Shown piece after piece: positions 37,883 to 46,426 of a DNA stretch of 64,000 bases; within the stretch, counting starts at the first letter, position 1; every line of letters begins with the position of its first letter. The DNA is from Minisyncoccota bacterium. Lineage in GTDB: Bacteria > Patescibacteriota > Minisyncoccia > Phycocordibacterales > Phycocordibacteraceae. The stretch covers positions 40,059 through 104,058 of the forward strand of contig JBAZXD010000001.1 in the NCBI GenBank assembly GCA_041660025.1, read 5' to 3'. The position numbers and the translations under genes were made by a program. The notes under the pieces were generated by a model. That model searched no databases and was not told the origin of the DNA. It saw nothing but the letters and a program-made list of their open reading frames with translations.

Positions 37883-38800
37883 TCATTTCGAGAGCTGACT
37901 GACCTCGGAGAGGACGATTTCGGCTTTGCCTTGGTAGGAGGCGATTTTGCCGGTGAGGGTGATGGTTTGTCCGGCGTAGCGGGAGAGGTCGCCAAATTGT
38001 TTCGCATCGTCGGCGAAGATGACGCCGGAGAAAGGGCAGGTCTTATAGTTCTCACAGAAGTCGAGGAAGACGGTGCCGGAGGCTGAGGTGTAGGCCTCGA
38101 TAAGCTTCCCGCGCACGGAGGCGTATTCGCCTACGTGCGCGGGAGCCTGCGTGTAGTCGATTGTCCCGATAGAAACAGGCGCGGCCGCTCCCGCGGCCGC
38201 GTTGCCTCGGTAGGCATCCAAGAGTCGTTTCAATATGTTCTCGTACGCTTGTCGGAGCGCCGGAGCGGTACCGATTTCAAGAATCTCATCATTAATGGTT
38301 GTTGCCGATTTAGTCCAGTTGTAGCTACCGAAGGCGTACGCCCGTTCCGTTACCAGAAGTTTGATATGCATAATCCCATTGCCGGTCGCATGCTTCTCCC
38401 TCACGAGAGGAATGCCGGCGGAGAGGAGTTTCGCCGTGATTGGAGCGCCGTAACTGTTGCTACTTTGTTCCGAGTCCACGATTCCCCGCACATCGACACC
38501 GCGTTTCTTGGCTTCGACAAGGGCGTCAGCGATACTCGGGAGAGTAAAGGTGTAGATCGCGAAGTAGATACGCTCCTTTGCGGCGGTAATGAGCGCGATG
38601 ATCTCCTGATCGTTCTGTTTTTGGTTCAAGCTGTATACGATGCGTACCGAATCAGCGGGCGGAGCTGCAACTGTCTGCGCTGGGATGGCGACACTCGCCG
38701 CTTCCGCCGCCGCGTTCCCGCTCCCGAGCGCGTATCCGGCGCCGCCCGCCGCAAGTGCGAGCACCAGTGCCACACCCGCACGAAGTACCTTCGGATTCAT
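37883..38800 (-). CDS. secreted phospholipase-D-family (Nuc-like) nuclease with C-terminal OB-fold-like domain
   Basis: Signal peptide. HxK(x)4D(x)6GS motif in MHIKLLVTERAYAFGSYNWTKSA. The C-terminal ~90 aa (VRGKLIEAYTSASGTVFLDF...TLTGKIASYQGKAEIVL) resembles an OB-fold nucleic-acid-binding module. Confidence 0.6.
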   Translation of the reverse strand: MNPKVLRAGVALVLALAAGGAGYALGSGNAAAEAASVAIPAQTVAAPPADSVRIVYSLNQKQNDQEIIALITAAKERIYFAIYTFTLPSIADALVEAKKRGVDVRGIVDSEQSSNSYGAPITAKLLSAGIPLVREKHATGNGIMHIKLLVTERAYAFGSYNWTKSATTINDEILEIGTAPALRQAYENILKRLLDAYRGNAAAGAAAPVSIGTIDYTQAPAHVGEYASVRGKLIEAYTSASGTVFLDFCENYKTCPFSGVIFADDAKQFGDLSRYAGQTITLTGKIASYQGKAEIVLSEVSQLSK

Positions 38801-38891
38801 ACGTCCAGTATATACCGCGACTGTCCACAGCTCCGTACATTTCCAGAGCGGGTAGTATGGAAAGAAGCATTAGTCGCTCATACCACACACT

Positions 38892-39425
38892 ATGCATATC
38901 GTCGCCATTTCAGGGAGTCTGAGAAAGGGGTCGTTTAACACGGCGCTTCTGCGCGAGTTCGCGAAACTCGCTCCGGAGGATATGCAGATCGAAATTGCAG
39001 ATATCGGCAGTCTCCCGCTGTATAATTCTGACGACGAAGCGGCGTTTCCGGCTGAGGCGCAAGCATTTAAGAATAAAATAAAAGCCGCCGACGGCGTCAT
39101 CATCGCGACGCCGGAATATAATCGCTCCATTCCGGGTGTACTGAAGAATGCAATCGACTGGGCGAGCCGCCCGTACGGACAGAATTCCTTTGCGAAGAAA
39201 CCGGTCCTCGTCGCGGGCGTGTCGGTCGGGAAGATCGGCACCGCCGTCGCGCAGAGCCACCTGCGGCAGATTATGGTCTATCTTGATACAGTTCTCGTCG
39301 GTCAACCTGAGATCTATGTCGGTCCCGTGCAAGGGATTTTTGACGAGAAAGGGAACATGACAGACGATTCGACGAAAGCATTGCTCGCGAATGCACTCAG
39401 CGCACTTGCCGGCCGAGTACGCTGA
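38892..39425 (+). CDS. NAD(P)H-dependent FMN reductase family protein
   Basis: IVAISGSLRKGSFNTALL...GVIIATPEYNRSIPGVLKNAIDWAS. Confidence 0.8.
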   Translation: MHIVAISGSLRKGSFNTALLREFAKLAPEDMQIEIADIGSLPLYNSDDEAAFPAEAQAFKNKIKAADGVIIATPEYNRSIPGVLKNAIDWASRPYGQNSFAKKPVLVAGVSVGKIGTAVAQSHLRQIMVYLDTVLVGQPEIYVGPVQGIFDEKGNMTDDSTKALLANALSALAGRVR

Positions 39426-40043
39426 TCACTGCTCGTCCCGGTTTGGCGCATTCGCGGCAATCCTTCCCGCGCGATAGGCGAGGAGATTGTGCCGTCCAAT
39501 AAAAAAGAGGATGAGGAGGAATGCTCCCGCAATGCCCCAGCGTATATGGATGACCCATCCTGAAGTTAGACTGCCGAACCAATACGAGAGGGAGAAAAGG
39601 ATTGTCAGCAGGACCAGACCCCCAGCGAGCGCCGTCGGCAGGTACGTAGCGAGTGGATAACGGAAGAAGCCGCTCGCTACGTATGACGTGAATCGGAATC
39701 CGGGCACGAAGTGCCCGGAGAAGATATTGAACGCATACCGATTCCCGAGCCAGGAGCGAAAGGGTGCAGTGAAATCGTGATCGATATAATGCGCGAGCCG
39801 CGGGTGAGTACGGGCGAAGGCGCCGAGAGCATACAGCAGGGAGTCCCCAAGGATGATACCGGTGTAGAGGGAGAGGAATGCAATCGGGACCGAGATCATA
39901 CCATCTGCCACGAGCACCCCGACGACCAGTATCGTGAGGTCTTCGAGAACCGAGGCGCACAAAACAATCACGAGCGATAGAAGCATCGCACTGCTGACCG
40001 TATCACCGGCAAAATGGGAAAGGAAAGCGAACATAGGAATCAT
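39426..40043 (-). CDS. DedA/SNARE-associated (VTT-domain) membrane protein
   Basis: Multi-TM. GDSLLYALG and FRFTSYVASGF motifs. Confidence 0.75.
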   Translation of the reverse strand: MIPMFAFLSHFAGDTVSSAMLLSLVIVLCASVLEDLTILVVGVLVADGMISVPIAFLSLYTGIILGDSLLYALGAFARTHPRLAHYIDHDFTAPFRSWLGNRYAFNIFSGHFVPGFRFTSYVASGFFRYPLATYLPTALAGGLVLLTILFSLSYWFGSLTSGWVIHIRWGIAGAFLLILFFIGRHNLLAYRAGRIAANAPNRDEQ

Positions 40044-40113
40044 CCCAGTCTACCAGATTTCCATAGGACGTTGTCGCTTGCGTGCGGCGCGCAGAGCGCG
40101 TATTCTGTACTCT

Positions 40114-40563
40114 ATGAAACGAGTGGGTGCCATCCTCATCCTCATTCTCGCCTTCTTCGGGCTCGCGGATTCCGCTTATCTCACTCTGCATCTGTTGAAC
40201 GGCACACCGCTTTTGTGCGATATCCAAAATCTTTCCGGCTGCAACATCGTCGCCGCAAGCCAGTATTCGAGCATCTTCGGCATACCGCTCGCGGAGTTCG
40301 GAGTCCTGTTTTACAGTGTCCTCTTCGTCCTTGCCGCTCTTGAGATTGTCCTCTTTGACCAGCTCTTGCGCCGTGCGCTCCAAGTGCTCGCGCTTGTCGG
40401 CGTCATCGCTTCGCTTTATTTCACCTTCCTCCAAACATTCGTCATACAGGCATTTTGCATCTACTGTCTGGCTTCGGCTGTCATCACGCTACTCATCCTC
40501 GTTTTCGCGAGCTTGCTCGAGCCGATACGAAAGCGCCCGTCTTCCTCACCACTCACGTCATAA
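40114..40563 (+). CDS. vitamin K epoxide reductase (VKOR)-family protein
   Basis: Four-TM protein with loop cysteines (CDIQNLSGC) and active-site CIYC in the last helix. ATG at 40114 inside the longer track ORF. Confidence 0.7.
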   Translation: MKRVGAILILILAFFGLADSAYLTLHLLNGTPLLCDIQNLSGCNIVAASQYSSIFGIPLAEFGVLFYSVLFVLAALEIVLFDQLLRRALQVLALVGVIASLYFTFLQTFVIQAFCIYCLASAVITLLILVFASLLEPIRKRPSSSPLTS

Positions 40564-40571
40564 CCTACACT

Positions 40572-41738
40572 ATGCGACGAGCTCTCCTCATCCTTCTCGC
40601 GGCGCTTCTCATACCGACGAGCGCCTTTGCGGCACGCGAACCCGCCTCCTTTTCTACGGGGCGTTCGCTCATTGTCGCCAGCTCTTCGCCCGGGAATGCG
40701 TATTTCACGGGCGTTTCAGTCGTCAGCACCGCGCCGATCGCGGGAGACCTTTCCGCGGTCGGCGGTTCGATAGTCGTTGCGGCGCCGGTTGCGGGCGACG
40801 AATTCCTTCTTGCTGGCTCGGTAAGTTCTCGCGCACAGGTCGCTGGCGACGTGCGCGTAGCGGGCGGGAACATCACGCTTGAGAGCTCGATTGCCGGTGA
40901 TCTGGTCGCACTTGGCTTTTCTGTACAGGGCCTTGGGCGTATCCGCGGGAGCACGTTTATCGTCGCGGCGGATACCTCCCTTTCAGGGGGCGCCTCGGGG
41001 CCGGTCACCATCTATGGCAATAACATCTCGCTTGCGGGCGACTTCACGGACGATGTCACGATCATCGCGACTGGCCGCCTGTCTCTTGCCGAGGGTACCA
41101 CTATCCGCGGTGTGCTCTCGTACCAAGCGCCGGAAACAGCCGTCATTCCCGCATCCGCCACGGTCATCGGCGGCATCGAATATACCAGCGCTTCCTATCT
41201 GCCCGACCCCGGCACTTCGCGCATACTCGCGCTCGTAAGTATCGGATTCTTTCTCTTTGCGCGCATTCTCGGAGCGCTTATTCTCGCCGGACTTCTCGCG
41301 GGCCTCTTCCCTAAACTCGCGGAGGCGATGACGGAGCGCCTGTACACCGAACGCCCGCGCAGTATCTTGCTCACGATGCTACTCGGCTTCGCAGTGCTCG
41401 TTGCAGCGCCGGCGCTGATTCTTCTGCTCGCGCTTACGTTCGTCGGCATCGGCCTCGCGTTCCTGCTTCTCATCTTGTACGCCCTCCTCGCTTTGCTCTC
41501 AGCGCTCTATGCGGGCATCCTGCTCGGCAGTCTGTTCGCGCGCCGCTTCTTGGGGCGCGAGGTGGTGCTCTGGCGCGACGGTATGCTCGGTATGCTCGCC
41601 CTCTCGCTCGTGACGCTCATACCGGTCATCGGGTTTCTTATCGCATCGCTTCTCACGATGTTCACTGCGGGCGCGCTCCTGCAACTCTTTTTCCACTTCG
41701 CTTTCCCGGGCGAGGAACAGACACCTGAATCGGTATGA
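40572..41738 (+). CDS. hypothetical protein with N-terminal signal, bactofilin-like repeat region and C-terminal multi-TM domain
   Basis: Repeating AGD(L/V)x(A/V)xGGxI unit (AGDLSAVGGSIVVAAPVAGDEFLLAGSVSSRAQVAGDVRVAGGNITLESSIAGDLVALG...) followed by 4-5 hydrophobic helices. Confidence 0.5.
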   Translation: MRRALLILLAALLIPTSAFAAREPASFSTGRSLIVASSSPGNAYFTGVSVVSTAPIAGDLSAVGGSIVVAAPVAGDEFLLAGSVSSRAQVAGDVRVAGGNITLESSIAGDLVALGFSVQGLGRIRGSTFIVAADTSLSGGASGPVTIYGNNISLAGDFTDDVTIIATGRLSLAEGTTIRGVLSYQAPETAVIPASATVIGGIEYTSASYLPDPGTSRILALVSIGFFLFARILGALILAGLLAGLFPKLAEAMTERLYTERPRSILLTMLLGFAVLVAAPALILLLALTFVGIGLAFLLLILYALLALLSALYAGILLGSLFARRFLGREVVLWRDGMLGMLALSLVTLIPVIGFLIASLLTMFTAGALLQLFFHFAFPGEEQTPESV

Positions 41739-42394
41739 GCCGTGACGAGCGTGCGGAGCGCGCGAAGAAGATACTCGCGTATTTGAAAAGGGCGTACCCC
41801 GAACCCGAGAGCGAGCTTATGCACACGACACCATTCCAGTTCGTCGTCGCGGTTATCCTCTCGGCGCAGTGCACCGACAAGGCGGTAAATAAGCTCACCG
41901 CGACGCTTTTTAAGAAATACAAAACACCCGCTGACTTCGCGAAGGCGAATCCCGCGGTATTTACCAAGGAGGTCTCGTCCGTGCCGTTCTTCCGCAACAA
42001 GGCGAAGGCGATCCAAGGCGCGGCGAAGATGGTCCAGGAAAAATTCGGCGGGAAGGTGCCACAGACCGAAGCCGAGCTTGTGCAACTGCCGGGCGTGGGC
42101 TACAAGACCGCGCATGTCGTCCTCGGCGAACTCCACGGTGTGTGGGAAGGCATCGCGACCGATACGCACGTAAAGCGTTTTGCGAAGCGTTTCGACCTCA
42201 CCGACCAGAATGACCTCACGAAAATATCCAAAGACTTGGAGGCGCTTATACCGAAAAAAGATTGGAAATATGTGAACAACGACCTCGTGCTCTACGGCCG
42301 CTATGTCTGTCCGGCGCGCCCGCACGACTGTGCGGCGCACCCGCTCACCAAACTCTGGCCGCCCGCCGCGCTCCGCTGGCCGAAAGCGAAGTAA
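41735..42394 (+). CDS. nth: endonuclease III-like HhH-GPD DNA glycosylase
   Basis: HhH motif LVQLPGVGYKTAHVVL and catalytic region. The C-terminal cluster has only CPARPHDCAAH (two Cys and His), not CX6CX2CX5C. Confidence 0.8.
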   Translation: MSRDERAERAKKILAYLKRAYPEPESELMHTTPFQFVVAVILSAQCTDKAVNKLTATLFKKYKTPADFAKANPAVFTKEVSSVPFFRNKAKAIQGAAKMVQEKFGGKVPQTEAELVQLPGVGYKTAHVVLGELHGVWEGIATDTHVKRFAKRFDLTDQNDLTKISKDLEALIPKKDWKYVNNDLVLYGRYVCPARPHDCAAHPLTKLWPPAALRWPKAK

Positions 42395-42404
42395 CCTTCA
42401 GGAA

Positions 42405-43184
42405 ATGACCTCGATACCGAGCTTTCGGAAGATCGTATGGGCGCAGTATAGAAAATCCGGACGGCATACTCTACCGTGGAGAAAAACATACGCTACATAT
42501 AGGGTACTGGTTTCTGAGGTGATGCTCCAGCAGACGCAAGTGGAGCGGGTACTGCCGTTCTACAAAGATTTCATTAAAAAGTTCCCGACGGCGAAGCGGC
42601 TTGCGGCCGCGCCGTTCTCTGAAGTACTGAAAAGCTGGCAAGGACTCGGCTACAATCGCCGAGCAAAGATGCTGCATAGTGCTGCGAAGGAACTCGCGAC
42701 GCGAAAGGCAACTACAGTCTCTGAACTGGAGGCGTTGCCGGGCGTCGGGCCGTACACGGCCCGCGCGATTAGCGCATTCGCTTATAATCAGGATGTTGTT
42801 TTCGTCGAGACAAACATTCGTACTGCTGTCATACACCATTTCTTTAGGAATAAGAAGAAAGTATCAGATACGGAAATAGAAAAAATCTTGGCACAGGCAC
42901 TACCGAAGGGGAGGGCACGGGGGTGGTACAGCGCGCTGATGGACTATGGTGCATTCCTGAAGCGCTCTGGCATCTCATATAATGCGAAAAGCAAAACGTA
43001 TGCGAAACAGTCGAAATTCAGCGGCTCACTCCGCGAAGCGCGCGGCGCTATTTTGCGCGAATTCACACAAGGAGTTACGTCTCGCACCCATCTGGTGAGT
43101 CTTCTCGGTCCTGCGCGCAGACAACAGATGAAAACGGCGTTTGAAGCGCTTCTCGCGGAAGGACTGATCAGCGGAAATCCTTGA
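42405..43184 (+). CDS. MutY-like adenine DNA glycosylase catalytic domain (no FeS cysteines, no NUDIX domain)
   Basis: IVWAQYRKSGRHTLPWRKTYATYRVLVSEVMLQQTQVERVLPFYKDFIKKFPT and LPGVGPYTARAISAFAYNQDVVFVETNIRTAV match the MutY N-terminal region. No Cys in the C-terminal third. Confidence 0.6.
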   Translation: MTSIPSFRKIVWAQYRKSGRHTLPWRKTYATYRVLVSEVMLQQTQVERVLPFYKDFIKKFPTAKRLAAAPFSEVLKSWQGLGYNRRAKMLHSAAKELATRKATTVSELEALPGVGPYTARAISAFAYNQDVVFVETNIRTAVIHHFFRNKKKVSDTEIEKILAQALPKGRARGWYSALMDYGAFLKRSGISYNAKSKTYAKQSKFSGSLREARGAILREFTQGVTSRTHLVSLLGPARRQQMKTAFEALLAEGLISGNP

Positions 43185-44343
43185 TGAACATCGTCGCGCC
43201 AATGCCAGCGAGCGCGACGAACCCACCGGTAAGAAGGAAGAGTAGTTGGTAATTCCCGAACAGAAGGATGAAGCTTCCAATAACCGGTGCGATAAGATTA
43301 GCGAGCGGCCAGATGCCCCGGAACACGCTGACTGAATTGATATCTTTTTCCGAGACGCGCCGGAAGAAATGACCCTCCGTCATACTCTCGATGAGCGCGG
43401 ACCCGACGCGCGACGTGACAAGCACGCACGCGATGACGACGAGCGGGGTCGCTGAAGAAAAGAGGCCGACTGTGGCGAGCGAGACGCCCGCGAGGAAGAA
43501 TCCGGTGAACAGCATTTCTTTATCGCCGATATACCGATCGGCGAGGATGCCGGAGGGATACTGGATGAGCACATAGGGCAGGAGCATAACGAAGAATATC
43601 CAACTGAGCTCGCTCCAAGGGATGCCGAGCTCGGTATGCAGATAGACGGGCACATAGAGCGGCGCCCAGATGAAGAAGAGGTAGAGGAGCAGGTGGCCGA
43701 ACGTTACCGCCGCGAGGTCGCGGTCCTTCAGGAGGCACCGCAGGGTGTCGACCATATGGGAAAGCTGGGGCGTCTTCACTTCCGGTAATCGCCGCGCGGC
43801 GAAGAGCGTGATGAACGGCACGAGCGCGACTGCGCCGGCGAGGAACACATTGCTATAGGCTTCGGAGCGCGCCAGGAGAGCGCCGATGAGGAGCGGCGAG
43901 GCGAGCGCGGCGGCGTTCCACGCTGTGAGGTACAGCGCGCGTATGCGCCCGGTCGCATCTTCCGCAGAAACCGTCGCTTCAAGCAGGAGATCGAGCTCGT
44001 AGGCAAGGAACGGCTGAAGCGCCACCGTGAGCGCGACGAAGAACGCGGCCGCGACCGCTCCCGGCGTCGCGGCGAGCGCGAGGAACGCGATCATCTCGAG
44101 GATCGCGAATACGAGTGCGAGCTGCTGTGCGCCGTAGCGCTCGACGAAGCGGGGGAGGAATGGGAACAATACACAGGCAACGAGCGCGCCGCCCGCGATG
44201 ACGAGTCCCGTATAGGCCGTTGGCATAAAGGACGAGAGGTACGGAAGGAGGATATACATCGTCGTCGTGGAAAAGAGCGCGAAGAAAAAATTCCCGACGG
44301 AGATGACCACACGCGGATGCATTGTGTCGAGGATACCATACAA
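43168..44343 (-). CDS. MFS transporter
   Basis: Twelve predicted TM helices and an MFS-type loop motif. An alternative start is at 44322. Confidence 0.75.
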   Translation of the reverse strand: MYGILDTMHPRVVISVGNFFFALFSTTTMYILLPYLSSFMPTAYTGLVIAGGALVACVLFPFLPRFVERYGAQQLALVFAILEMIAFLALAATPGAVAAAFFVALTVALQPFLAYELDLLLEATVSAEDATGRIRALYLTAWNAAALASPLLIGALLARSEAYSNVFLAGAVALVPFITLFAARRLPEVKTPQLSHMVDTLRCLLKDRDLAAVTFGHLLLYLFFIWAPLYVPVYLHTELGIPWSELSWIFFVMLLPYVLIQYPSGILADRYIGDKEMLFTGFFLAGVSLATVGLFSSATPLVVIACVLVTSRVGSALIESMTEGHFFRRVSEKDINSVSVFRGIWPLANLIAPVIGSFILLFGNYQLLFLLTGGFVALAGIGATMFIKDFR

Positions 44344-44391
44344 AAACCACGGCGCGCCTTTGGCGCGCCGTGGTTTTCGATGCGATCCAAA

Positions 44392-46125
44392 CTACATCCC
44401 GATGAGGACGGGGATGACCATCGGCGCCTTGTTGGTACGCTGGAAGAGGAACCCCGCCATCACGTCGGTGAGATTGTTCTTCACGTAATCGAGGTCGATG
44501 GGGTTCATATTGCGCGTCGAGTCCTCGATGGTCTTCTTGATGAGGACGCGCGCCTCGTTGAGCATATTCTGCGACTCGCGCAGGTAGATGAAGCCGCGGC
44601 TGATGATGTCGGGCGACTTGCGCAGTTTGCCGGTCTTGAGGTTCACGCTCGCGATGATGACGAACATACCGTCCTTCGCGAGCGACTGGCGGTCGCGGAT
44701 CACCACCTCCTGGATGTCGCCGATCGTGAAGCCGTCGACGACCATCGGCGCCGACGGGACCTTCTGCTTGTGCACATTCATCCGTTCACCGTTCTCGATG
44801 TCGATGACGGTGCCGTTGTCGGCGATGATGATGTTCTCGCGCGGGAAGCCCGATTGCTCGAGCGCCTTCGCGTGGCAGGTCGTCATCGAGCGGTAGCCGT
44901 ACGCGGGCATAAAGAATTTCGCGCCGACCTGTTGGTTGATCCAGATGAGTTCGCCGGTGTTGCCGTGGCCGGTCGAGTGGACGTCGCTTGAACGGTAGTG
45001 GATGAGCGACACGTTGTGGCGGTAGAGATTATCCTTCAACTTCTGCACCGAGATCTCGTTGCCGGGGATGACCGAGGAGGAAAGCACGATAGTGTCACGC
45101 TCGGTAAGCGTGATGTATTTGTGCTGGCGCGTTGCGATACGCATCAGTGCGGCGAACTCCTCGCCCTGCGCGCCGGTCGAGAGGATGACGATCTTGTCCG
45201 GCGGATAATTACCGATGTCCTGAGAGGGGATGATGGTGTCCTTCTTGATCTTGAGGAGTCCGGTCTTCTCCGCGATCTCCAGGTTGTTCTTGATGGAACG
45301 CCCTTCGGTGACGATCTTCTTGCCGAGCTTCTCGGCGGTTTCCATAATGTGGATCATACGCTCGAACTGCGAGGCGAAGGTGCCGATGATGAGGCGTCCG
45401 GAGACCGTCTTGATGATGTCTTCCAGGGTCTGGATGACGCGCTTCTCGGGGATGGAGAAGCCGTCGCGCTCGGCGTTCGTCGAGTCGGCGATGAAGAAGA
45501 TGTTCTTGTCCTTGCCGAGCGTTCCCCACGTCTTCACTTCGCGTTCGGAAGGGATGCCGTCATCGTGGTCGAGCTTGAGGTCGCCGGTGATGACCACGTT
45601 GCCCTGCGGCGTCTCGATCGAACAGCCCATCGAATCGGGGATCGAGTGCGTGACCGGGAAGAACTTCACCCGCGTGCTCCCGATGACCACCGACTGGCCC
45701 ACTTCAACGACGATCATTTCCGACTTCGGTACGTCCGGATACTCTTCCTGGCGCCGCTGGATCATGATCGACGTGAGATTCTGGGTGTAGATGGGCGGCG
45801 TGCCGAAGCGCGGCAGGATGAAGGGGATGCCGCCGATGTGGTCGAGGTGACCGTGCGTAATGATGACGCCCTTCACGCGGCTGGCGTTCTTCTCGAGATA
45901 CTTGGTGTTCGGGAGGATGTAATCGACGCCGGGAGAAGTGTCCTCGGAGACGAACTGGAATCCCGCGTCGAAGACGAGGATGTCGCCTGTGGCGCCTATC
46001 TCGACTGCGGTCATATTGCGACCGACTTCCTCGACACCGCCCAAGGGGATGATACGGACCGATGTCGGCCCGACCGGCTCGGGGTAATAGTCGGCGGTGC
46101 GGTTTACTCGTGTGGGCTGAGCCAT
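44392..46125 (-). CDS. rnj: ribonuclease J (an in-frame extension to 46356 would add a Pro/Arg-rich low-complexity N-terminus)
   Basis: VRIIPLGGVEEVGRNMTAVE, HGHLDHIGG, beta-CASP and C-terminal domain. MAQPTRVN start at 46125; upstream in-frame MNSAPAPAPAPAPTPVPPRP... is of uncertain reality. Confidence 0.8.
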   Translation of the reverse strand: MAQPTRVNRTADYYPEPVGPTSVRIIPLGGVEEVGRNMTAVEIGATGDILVFDAGFQFVSEDTSPGVDYILPNTKYLEKNASRVKGVIITHGHLDHIGGIPFILPRFGTPPIYTQNLTSIMIQRRQEEYPDVPKSEMIVVEVGQSVVIGSTRVKFFPVTHSIPDSMGCSIETPQGNVVITGDLKLDHDDGIPSEREVKTWGTLGKDKNIFFIADSTNAERDGFSIPEKRVIQTLEDIIKTVSGRLIIGTFASQFERMIHIMETAEKLGKKIVTEGRSIKNNLEIAEKTGLLKIKKDTIIPSQDIGNYPPDKIVILSTGAQGEEFAALMRIATRQHKYITLTERDTIVLSSSVIPGNEISVQKLKDNLYRHNVSLIHYRSSDVHSTGHGNTGELIWINQQVGAKFFMPAYGYRSMTTCHAKALEQSGFPRENIIIADNGTVIDIENGERMNVHKQKVPSAPMVVDGFTIGDIQEVVIRDRQSLAKDGMFVIIASVNLKTGKLRKSPDIISRGFIYLRESQNMLNEARVLIKKTIEDSTRNMNPIDLDYVKNNLTDVMAGFLFQRTNKAPMVIPVLIGM

Positions 46126-46426
46126 CGGGCGGCGCAGGATCCGCTGGATGCGGCGGCTGGCGCCGCCGGGACGCGGTCCGCTCTGCCTGCCGGCAGGCGT
46201 TCGAGAACCGGGCGGCCGGCTTCCGCGATCGAAACGTCTCGGCGCATGTGCGCTCCCTGAACGCGTTTCACCTCCGGGGCTCGGTTGTCCATGACTTGGA
46301 CGAGGGGGCACGGGAGTTGGTGCGGGCGCAGGTGCTGGTGCTGGTGCTGAGTTCATACTGGATTGATTAGTTACTGGGCTTGTGAAATTAATAATTTAAA
46401 ACCCGTACGGAAATTACTGATGTGAG

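Noticed and set aside
44998-46260. 420-aa plus-strand ORF
   Set aside because: Antisense to RNase J; shadow ORF.
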